Shown here in pieces: positions 56,617 through 64,000 of a stretch of 64,000 nucleotides of DNA. Source of the DNA: an uncultured Aminicenantes bacterium (GTDB taxonomy: Bacteria > Acidobacteriota > Aminicenantia > UBA2199). The translations under genes were made by a program, and so were the position numbers. The DNA lies in NCBI GenBank assembly GCA_965195285.1, contig CBDAFS010000021.1, positions 17,539 through 81,538 of the forward strand. Direction: 5' to 3'. Each line of letters opens with the position of its first letter. Position 1 is the stretch's first letter. The notes beneath the pieces were generated by a model, which had not been told where the DNA came from, did no database searches, and saw only the letters and a program-made list of their open reading frames with translations.

Positions 56617-57439
56617 CCTGTTCGAATATAATTTCTTCAACAATGCCCTGCTGGCTGCGGTTCTGGCCAGTATCAGCTGCGGATATATCGGAACCTATAT
56701 CGTGACCCGCCGGATCGTGTTTATCAGCGGTGGGATCAGCCACGCTAGCTTCGGAGGCATTGGGCTGGCTTATTTCCTGGGCATTAACCCCTTGATCGGA
56801 GCCGGAGTGTTTTCACTTTTTGCTGCCCTGGGCATAGAGGCATTATCCCACAGACTGGACGTGAGAAGGGATTCGTTAATCGGCATGATGTGGTCATTCG
56901 GGATGGCAACCGGTATCATATTTGTATTTATCACTCCCGGATATGCGGCCAATCTGATGACATATCTTTTCGGAAATATTTTAACCGTTTCAATGACGGA
57001 CCTCTATCTCATGGCCGTTCTGTGTATTGTCATTATCACTGTTTTTATCCTTCTTTTCAGGGCCATACTCTACACCTCTTTTGACCCGGAATATGCCCGG
57101 ACTCTGGGTATTCCAACCACCATGGTTAATTATATACTGATCAGTCTGGTAGCGTTGACCATTGTGTTTAATATCCGGGTGGTGGGTATCATTCTGGTCA
57201 TTGCCCTGTTAACCATTCCCCAGGCAACCGCCAATCTCTTCAGTAAAAAGTATAAATTCATTATTTTGCTATCAGTGGGCTTCGGACTGCTGTCTTCGAT
57301 TGTCGGTTTGTTCTTGTCTTATCTGCTCAATATTCCATCCGGCGCAACCATCATATTCTTATCTGTTTTAATATTTATGCTTGCAAAGCTAATTTCCTAT
57401 ATATTAACAAGAGCTAGAATAAAAAAAGGACCTGTTTAG
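56609..57439 (+). CDS. znuB: Zinc ABC transporter permease
   Basis: GISHASFGG, YLFGNIL, FDPEYA and VGIILV. Start placed at ATG 56609. Confidence 0.9.
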   Translation: MISLFEYNFFNNALLAAVLASISCGYIGTYIVTRRIVFISGGISHASFGGIGLAYFLGINPLIGAGVFSLFAALGIEALSHRLDVRRDSLIGMMWSFGMATGIIFVFITPGYAANLMTYLFGNILTVSMTDLYLMAVLCIVIITVFILLFRAILYTSFDPEYARTLGIPTTMVNYILISLVALTIVFNIRVVGIILVIALLTIPQATANLFSKKYKFIILLSVGFGLLSSIVGLFLSYLLNIPSGATIIFLSVLIFMLAKLISYILTRARIKKGPV

Positions 57440-57501
57440 GAAAACAAATTTATTTTAATAGGCGTCTCCGCTTTGGGGGCAGATAATACTCATCAATCCC
57501 T

Positions 57502-57593
57502 AAATTTGCATTTATGCACGCACCGGTTCAGATAATAATCAGTAGAAACAGTAAAAAAAAATCAAAAATCCAAAAGACCGTCCCCAACCTTTT
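57502..57593 (+). repeat. Bipartite intergenic repeat, copy 1
   Basis: AAATTTGCATTTATGCACGCACCGGTTCAGA ... CAAAAGACCGTCCCCAACCTTTT; matches 60143-60248. Confidence 0.85.
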
Positions 57594-57625
57594 ATAAAAT
57601 TTATTTTTTAATTTATAATGAAAGC

Positions 57626-59377
57626 ATGATATCCACTGCTAAAATAAAATTTCCTGACGCTAAGTGGAAAAAAATAACACTTCTTATTTTTGTTTTATTC
57701 ATTGTGAATTTTCTTTTATATATCGATACTATCAATCACGATTTTTTAAAGGATGATTTTCGTTTAATTGTTGAAAATCACCGCATTAAGGATTTTAAAT
57801 CCTTTATAAACTCAATTGACAGTAAGTTCTTTTCATTCCCCGATTTTCCCTACCTTCATTACTGGAGGCCGGTGTCACTCTTCACTTTTTTTATCGATTA
57901 CAAGCTGTGGGGCTTAAATCCTTCAGGATTTCATCTTTTCAATATTCTGCTAAATGCATTAAACGGCATACTCATCTTCCTGATCTTTTATTTTATCTCA
58001 GGAAAGATATTTCATCCCTTTTTCATATCGCTCTTCTTCTCGGTTCACCCCTCACATGTGGAATCAGTCTCATGGATATCCGGCCGTACCGATCTGCTTG
58101 TTTCTTTTTTTATTTTTTCCGCTGCACTTTTGTTTATCCTGTTTATAAAGCGAAAGAACACTCTGCTCTACTTTTCATCAGCATTTCTTTTCGTACTTGC
58201 ACTTCTTTCAAAAGAAAACGCTGTTCTCTTTCCCCTTTTTGCAGTGGGATTGATTTTTATTTTAAATCATATGAAAAAAAGGAAAATTGGTAAATTTTTT
58301 CTTTTTATCCTCCCGCTTTTTTTAATAGATATTATATACATTATTCTACACAATAAATTTTCCGATGTACAAAATGTAGTGGTAAGTTTTTCTTTAAAAG
58401 ACATTTTTAACATTTTTAAAACAATCGGTGTCTATATAAAAATCATTTTAACCCCTTTTTCCCCTTCCCCTTACTTTTCGATGCAGGATTTTGACACCCG
58501 GCATATTGAATTTTATCTTTTTTTTCTAATTGCCCTGATCATCCTTGTGTTAATAATTTTAAAGAGAAACGAGTATCGATACAGCCTCTACTCTCTTTTG
58601 TTTTTTTTATTTCTGTTGCCTGTGGTGCACCCGGAGTTCGTTCCTACCAATCCAGGGATTGTCATCCGATTTGCCTATATCCCTGCCGTTTTCGCAGGTA
58701 TATTTTTTATAGATACCTTTCGATTTTTAAAGAATAAGCATTTAAAGAACTTTTATTTCGTATTTCTTGTTCTTCTTGTCTCCATCTGGACAGTGGAATC
58801 TTTTAGTTTCCAGACTTTTTTTAAAGATGAAAATGAGCATTACCAGCAGCTGGTAAAACATTACCCTGATGATGGTTCCATCCTACTGCCCCTGGCGCTG
58901 CAAAAAGCGAAAACCGGGAATTTCCGTGAGGCACTCAACCTGGTAAACCATGCATTAGCAGTAAATGAGAGGGACCAGTGGATAGATATCTCCGAAACAG
59001 CAGGATTATTAAAAGCCAATCTACTGATAATCTCAGGTGATGAACTGGAAGGAAAAACAATTGCTATGAAAATCCTGGAAGAAACGAAAAAAAATGAGAT
59101 TAAGTTTTTTGCCTTCCTTGTCCTTTCAAAATATCATGAGAAGAGACAAGCGTACACAACTGCACTCGCTCTGCTGAAAAAAGCAGAAAACATTGGCGAA
59201 ACCCCGGATTTATTTTATCGCATGAGCATTTTATATGCTAAAATGAAGGAGTATAAAAAAGCCCTTTTCTACCTGGGAAAAGCCAAAGAGATGAACCCAG
59301 AAATACCAAAATATTTAGAACTGAATCAATTTATTTTAAATGAACAAAACCTTCAGAGGGGACACTCTCTAAAATAG
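57626..59377 (+). CDS. TMTC-like GT-C glycosyltransferase with C-terminal TPRs
   Basis: DD motif (LKDDF), YWRPV, HPSHVESVSWISGRTDL and LSKE; multiple TMs; TPR tail. Confidence 0.85.
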   Translation: MISTAKIKFPDAKWKKITLLIFVLFIVNFLLYIDTINHDFLKDDFRLIVENHRIKDFKSFINSIDSKFFSFPDFPYLHYWRPVSLFTFFIDYKLWGLNPSGFHLFNILLNALNGILIFLIFYFISGKIFHPFFISLFFSVHPSHVESVSWISGRTDLLVSFFIFSAALLFILFIKRKNTLLYFSSAFLFVLALLSKENAVLFPLFAVGLIFILNHMKKRKIGKFFLFILPLFLIDIIYIILHNKFSDVQNVVVSFSLKDIFNIFKTIGVYIKIILTPFSPSPYFSMQDFDTRHIEFYLFFLIALIILVLIILKRNEYRYSLYSLLFFLFLLPVVHPEFVPTNPGIVIRFAYIPAVFAGIFFIDTFRFLKNKHLKNFYFVFLVLLVSIWTVESFSFQTFFKDENEHYQQLVKHYPDDGSILLPLALQKAKTGNFREALNLVNHALAVNERDQWIDISETAGLLKANLLIISGDELEGKTIAMKILEETKKNEIKFFAFLVLSKYHEKRQAYTTALALLKKAENIGETPDLFYRMSILYAKMKEYKKALFYLGKAKEMNPEIPKYLELNQFILNEQNLQRGHSLK

Positions 59378-59406
59378 GGATTTAAAAATCGGATGTGTCC
59401 CTATTT
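59358..59406. repeat. GGGACAC...GTGTCCC inverted-repeat element
   Basis: GGGGACAC (59358) pairs with GTGTCCC (59395); AAATAGGGA (59372) pairs with TCCCTATTT (59398). Confidence 0.65.
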
Positions 59407-59412
59407 AACTTT

Positions 59413-59973
59413 TTATATTTTAATGCGTAATGAGTATTTTACTTCAAGGATGACACCATCTTCTGTCATAAAAATAAATCCTTTGTGTTTATCAAAAAAC
59501 TTACCCCTGATAAAGACCCATTCATCTCCCTTTTGTTTTATCTCTTTGGCATTTTTATCTGAAATAGATTTGATTTTGTATATGCTGTCAAGGGCATCCT
59601 GAATCATCTGTGCATCCTTCATATTCTTAAAGCGAAGATCTTTTTTCAGCAGACTTTTCAGAATGGGCATGGATTTATTGGTAGCGGTGTCCTCGGGTAT
59701 GACAAAATGATTATCTACTCTAACCAGCATTAAATTCCCCATCCCATATTTACTCCCGTCAGGCTCCTCTCTACTTAATTTAATCTGGTAAAAGGTACCA
59801 TAAAATATTTTCCCTACGGTTGGTATATCAATTGGCTTCGCATCTATTTTGATCATTCTGCAAATTGCCTCTCTGATCAAACCCTCCTCTTCACTCTGTG
59901 TGAGATCCTGCGGATATGCGGTTACCCACAAAAACATAATTGAGATTAAAATTAACCATAATAATTTTTTCAT
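59413..59973 (-). CDS. Exported hypothetical protein
   Basis: Signal peptide MKKLLWLILISIMFLWVTAYP; GGAGG SD. Confidence 0.75.
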   Translation of the reverse strand: MKKLLWLILISIMFLWVTAYPQDLTQSEEEGLIREAICRMIKIDAKPIDIPTVGKIFYGTFYQIKLSREEPDGSKYGMGNLMLVRVDNHFVIPEDTATNKSMPILKSLLKKDLRFKNMKDAQMIQDALDSIYKIKSISDKNAKEIKQKGDEWVFIRGKFFDKHKGFIFMTEDGVILEVKYSLRIKI

Positions 59974-60142
59974 ATGTAACCTCCCTTTATTAATTAAACT
60001 CTTAAGTCCATTAAGATTTAATTTGTTACTTCCTTATATGCCACTTAGATAACGGGCTGCTGGATTGCACCAGCTTGCTTGGTGAACCAATTCACCGACC
60101 CCATTCCTTTTCGAATTCGCCTTATTTACTAAGAGTAGCATA

Positions 60143-60248
60143 AAATTTGCACTTTTGCACGCACCGGTCCAGAGTTTGATTATGTTTCAATAGAAGAAAG
60201 AACAGATGAACAAGTATCAATACTTCAAAAGACCGTCCCCGACCTTTT
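60143..60248 (+). repeat. Bipartite intergenic repeat, copy 2
   Basis: AAATTTGCACTTTTGCACGCACCGGTCCAGA ... CAAAAGACCGTCCCCGACCTTTT; 28/31 and 22/23 identical to copy 1. Confidence 0.85.
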
Positions 60249-60263
60249 CATCCTTTTGAATGA

Positions 60264-62009
60264 TTAATTTGATACAACAGGCAGTATCACCGATGACGGA
60301 TAGGCCCTTGTATGAAATACAGTCTGGTGTGCTATTTTCCACTCAGTATCAGTTGCAACCTGATTCCCGGTATTCGGATTAGGGGCCATGTAGGGTACAT
60401 CGCTGCTCGTTATCTCTACCCGAATTCTATGCCCGCACCGGAATGAGTGGCCGATGTCGAAAAGCTTGATTATGAATTTCTCGGGTTGGTTGGGGGTGAG
60501 TAACACTTCCTGTTGGTAACCGTTTCGATAGCGGGCGCGAATAAAACCCTTTCCGAATGGCCCCAGGTTCACTGCTCTGCCGTCAGGATAGACGTCCAGG
60601 AGCTTGACAACAAAATCCGTATCACGGGCATCGCTGGCCGCAAACAATTCCACCACAACTTTCCCGATGATCTCTACAGGTTTATTGAGAACATGGCTGG
60701 TGTAAACCAGAACATTTTCCTGTTCTTCTATCGAGCGGTTGTCAAAGGCATGCATGACATCGCCGACCATATGGGAGATGGGCTTTTGTGGATCAAAAAT
60801 ATAACTGTCTGAGGGTTCTTCACCGGGGAATCCCCAGGAAAGCTTCCCGTCCCCTGACAGGGTATTGGCATGCCCCTGGCTATGAAGATAAAGTCGCCTC
60901 TTAACAATACCGGGAAGTGGGTATTCATCGAGATCCCTCCATTTGTTTGAACCCGTAATATAGATCCGGGCCCGGGGCAGGTCAAGCTTCTTATTGGCAT
61001 CCTTCATGAAGTGGTCGAAGAATTTAAGATGAAGTTTTAAGAATTCATTGAAACCCAGAACAGACTCTTCAGGGATGGTTAGCTCTCCGATCTTTTCGTG
61101 GCCACCATAGATGATATGACCGTGCTCCCAGGGCCCAATCATAAGGAACTGTTTGTCCGAAGCCGGAGAATTGGAAACCATTCCATGCCAAAAAATAAGA
61201 GCGCCGATCTGGTCGACATCAAACCAGCCGGTCAGATGGAGTGCGGGAATATCAATACCCTTGAAATGAGCATCGGTGAATTGGATCTGTTTCCAGTAGT
61301 CGTCCAGAGTGTTATGCTCCAGTATTTGTCTGTATCGGGGCATCCGGTAGCCAAGTACTTCATCCAAGGTCAGAAGCGGGCGCTGTTTCAAGACACTTTT
61401 CCAGTCAACCTTAGCCAAATCGATGGAAATGTTTTTTGACGTCATGATAGTGGAACTCAAGCTGAACAGCACATTAAAGACGCCCTGGTGATATGGGCCC
61501 TCTTCGAAGGGATCGGCCCAGGCAGCTGTGGAGACGAGACAGGTGAGATGGGGCGGCTTTTCCCGGGCAGCGAGCCATTGAACTGTCCCCGAGTAGGAGC
61601 CTCCCATCATTCCTATCCTGCCATTAGACCATGGTTGTTTGGCGATCCACTCAACCGTATCATATCCATCTTCGGCTTCCTGATGGAATGATAAATATTC
61701 TCCATCCGAGCCCCCCCTGCCGCGTACATCCTGGACCATAAAAATATATCCGTGCTCTACGAAGAATTGGGCCATATCAGGGTAGCGAGCGAACGAATTG
61801 CTTTTTAGATAAGGCGTGCGGAGCAGGATAACAGGATACCTGCCATTAGTGGATGGTTTCCAGATGTCAGCATTAAGTTTGATTCCATCTCTCATCGGAG
61901 TGTATACATCACCCATTGCATTAAGAGGGATAATCGGTGAACCGGCACCGGATAAATCAGTAGATAAGAACAGTACAATAAGGAAAAAAACAATAGTAAG
62001 TTGTTTCAT
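60264..62009 (-). CDS. CocE/NonD family hydrolase (secreted)
   Basis: PMRDGIKL.AD, RTPY, QDVRG.G.S.G, GGSYSG nucleophile, GWFD and GPWEH. Confidence 0.92.
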   Translation of the reverse strand: MKQLTIVFFLIVLFLSTDLSGAGSPIIPLNAMGDVYTPMRDGIKLNADIWKPSTNGRYPVILLRTPYLKSNSFARYPDMAQFFVEHGYIFMVQDVRGRGGSDGEYLSFHQEAEDGYDTVEWIAKQPWSNGRIGMMGGSYSGTVQWLAAREKPPHLTCLVSTAAWADPFEEGPYHQGVFNVLFSLSSTIMTSKNISIDLAKVDWKSVLKQRPLLTLDEVLGYRMPRYRQILEHNTLDDYWKQIQFTDAHFKGIDIPALHLTGWFDVDQIGALIFWHGMVSNSPASDKQFLMIGPWEHGHIIYGGHEKIGELTIPEESVLGFNEFLKLHLKFFDHFMKDANKKLDLPRARIYITGSNKWRDLDEYPLPGIVKRRLYLHSQGHANTLSGDGKLSWGFPGEEPSDSYIFDPQKPISHMVGDVMHAFDNRSIEEQENVLVYTSHVLNKPVEIIGKVVVELFAASDARDTDFVVKLLDVYPDGRAVNLGPFGKGFIRARYRNGYQQEVLLTPNQPEKFIIKLFDIGHSFRCGHRIRVEITSSDVPYMAPNPNTGNQVATDTEWKIAHQTVFHTRAYPSSVILPVVSN

Positions 62010-62167
62010 TTAGCACTCCTCTTTTGGTGCCCCACGGTTTATTCTCTTTTTCGAAGTTCCCAAACATATGACAAACATGTTTATAAATATGCTTTGAACA
62101 AAATTTTTTGTTTCTATTATTAATACCCTGTTTCTAGAAAAGGGATACAGAAAATAAATTACCATTC

Positions 62168-62336
62168 GGGGGACACTTACCTAATTTTTCAAATATGGCT
62201 TATCCAGGGACATCATAATCGAATAATTATGTATGATGTCCCTTTAAATTTTTTGTTCATTGGGGCGATTGTATCAACAGGCGAGAGTTCGTCGCAGGGA
62301 AAAGGTTGAAGAAGTCAATAAATCAACGACCGTCCC
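62168..62336. repeat. Stack of GGGAC/GTCCC REP-like motifs
   Basis: GGGGGACACTTACCTAATT (62168); perfect 12-bp inverted repeat AGGGACATCATA/TATGATGTCCCT (62206-62243); GACCGTCCC (62328). Confidence 0.7.
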
Positions 62337-62351
62337 ACACCCTTCAAAGCG

Positions 62352-64000
62352 TTATTTTGGATAATAGCCAAGAGACTCAAAAAACTCATCGGATAATTCA
62401 ATAATCCTTTTGCTATCTTCTTTGTTTCTAAAAAAGAGGTGAGGCCTGTCTTTGAAGGCATGAAGCACACACATGTTTCCCTTTTCCTTCATTTCTTTAT
62501 CAAACTTTTCAATCGTCCAATATGGAACCTCTCTATCCTTAGTACCTTGAAAAATAATACAAGGGGGTAAATCTTTCTTAATGTAATTAGAAGGTGAGCA
62601 CTCTTCCGCATCAGCTTTTCCTTTTAACTGTTCAATAAACCAGTTATCCTTAGCCACGTTAAGTCCAGGAAAGAGAAGCCACAGAGCATTCGGTTTAGAG
62701 CTAACGCTTAAATCCTCTCCTTCTTCATCAAATTTCAGTATCATTGCTGCTGAAGCAGCAATGTGCCCTCCAGCTGACCAGCCTGCAGCAACAATCTTAT
62801 CAGGATGTATCCCAAGTTCAGCAGAATTATCTCTTATCCAACGTATTGCAGATTTCGCATCAGCCATGCAGTCAAGAGCAGAGATATTATGTCTCCCAGT
62901 CAGTCGGTATTGAGCAGAAATGGCCACCATTCCCTTTTTTTGAAAATGTCTGCAGTACTCGAAGGCCCAGCTTGCATCACCCAAAACCCAGCCTCCACCA
63001 TGAAAGAAAACAATACAAGGGCGCTTGTCTGCTTTTTTTATTTTTTGTGGTTTAAAAATATACGCATGAAGAGCGTAATCACTCCCCTTTTTGAAAATTT
63101 TAGTCGTAACACCTTTGTTCTTTTTTCTGGTGGACTCAACAAGCCTCTTTATTTTGTCTTTATAACCTTGATTCTCACAATTATCAAAAAAAGCGTCTAT
63201 GACGTCATCCATACCGGTAATACCATAATTATCAATGAAATACCCCATTGTACTGTACAACAAGTAATTCTTAACATTCTGGTTTGTAAAGAATCTTTTG
63301 ATAAATCTTAATTTGCCTTTCAGTAAGAAATGGTCGGCGTTTTTTAATCCAATATCCTTTCTGAAATCCCCTTCAATTCTAACTTTGATATATGTATCAA
63401 GAAATTCCACATAAACTTTTGATTTAAGCAGAGTCTCATCATTAAAATTCAATTTACCCAGATACTTTTTTAGATGGTGTGCGCATTCTAACTGATCCAG
63501 CTGAGCAATCAATTCTTTGACTTTGGAATGAAATAAAAAGAAATCTGCAAACCTATATGTAATCGCTGCTCTCTGGAATTTTATAAATTTACTATCACAA
63601 CCAGGATGTTTTTTTATAAAAAAATCCAACCTTCTGTGAAAATCATCCTCAATTGGGGTCCCTTCGATCAAAAACGCTTCTGTGTCAAGGGTAAGCAGTT
63701 GTCCGTAATTGATTTTCCTGAATTTGCCCGCCTCCCCATTTAGGAAATTATTTTTTTCTGCCCCTTTACCCTTAAATTTTAGGGATTGATAGAAATTTTT
63801 TGCATCTAAATTAATAATAAGCTTCATCCCTTTTGACAAGAAGATATCGGCTTCATTGGCATGAATCAGCTTATGGTATCCTTCATATCCAACATGTATA
63901 ACTTGGTTAAAACTCCCCTTTGAATCCAAGGTAATATCATTATCTGCTATTCTGATTGAATCATAAATGGGGTTTACAACTGTCCCGGAAACCTTTATAT
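62352..64000 (-). CDS. Alpha/beta hydrolase (HSL/BD-FAE-like esterase) with a long N-terminal domain; 5' end lies beyond the window
   Basis: HGGGW, YRL, GWSAGG, QGTKD..VP and HLF. The frame stays open to the window edge (IKVSGTVVNP..). Confidence 0.85.
   Translation of the reverse strand, partial: IKVSGTVVNPIYDSIRIADNDITLDSKGSFNQVIHVGYEGYHKLIHANEADIFLSKGMKLIINLDAKNFYQSLKFKGKGAEKNNFLNGEAGKFRKINYGQLLTLDTEAFLIEGTPIEDDFHRRLDFFIKKHPGCDSKFIKFQRAAITYRFADFFLFHSKVKELIAQLDQLECAHHLKKYLGKLNFNDETLLKSKVYVEFLDTYIKVRIEGDFRKDIGLKNADHFLLKGKLRFIKRFFTNQNVKNYLLYSTMGYFIDNYGITGMDDVIDAFFDNCENQGYKDKIKRLVESTRKKNKGVTTKIFKKGSDYALHAYIFKPQKIKKADKRPCIVFFHGGGWVLGDASWAFEYCRHFQKKGMVAISAQYRLTGRHNISALDCMADAKSAIRWIRDNSAELGIHPDKIVAAGWSAGGHIAASAAMILKFDEEGEDLSVSSKPNALWLLFPGLNVAKDNWFIEQLKGKADAEECSPSNYIKKDLPPCIIFQGTKDREVPYWTIEKFDKEMKEKGNMCVLHAFKDRPHLFFRNKEDSKRIIELSDEFFESLGYYPK

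Noticed and set aside
57502-62336. CRISPR array
   Set aside because: The repeats are few, kilobases apart and separated by whole genes; there are no cas genes.

Overview
Bacterial chromosome window of moderate to low GC. A Candidatus Aminicenantes/Acidobacteriota-like origin is an inference from the short PheT and the KKKKFP-hydrophobic motif protein. 1-15.6 kb is housekeeping on the minus strand: tRNA-Ser, SRP RNA, dnaX-ybaB-recR, mglB-mglA, a leuC/leuD-like pair, hup, tRNA-Val, thrS-infC-rpmI-rplT-pheS-pheT, zapB-like, zapA, rny, ymdB. 15.7-37.5 kb is a co-oriented cluster of 19 genes and is the best candidate for an undescribed system. Its signalling part has two soluble zinc-ribbon Ser/Thr kinases, FHA proteins (one a membrane FHA fused to an apparently dead trypsin-like domain) and a PP2C-TM-SPOR phosphatase. 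Its envelope part has two paralogous TonB-C-like membrane proteins, a TPR protein, lipoproteins and an LptD-like beta-barrel. Its polysaccharide part has a processive GT2 synthase fused to a STAS domain, an (alpha/alpha)6 glycosidase-like protein, duplicated beta-sandwich proteins and a TIM-barrel-like protein. 37.7-57.4 kb holds ordinary envelope, metabolic and transport genes (plsC, ampG, a second EF-G, mltD, M14 peptidase, menA, mla and znu ABC systems). 57.4-64 kb is an accessory tract of unrelated genes separated by GGGAC/GTCCC-type repeats and a possible half attC site. All product calls come from motif recognition by eye; no database searches were run.
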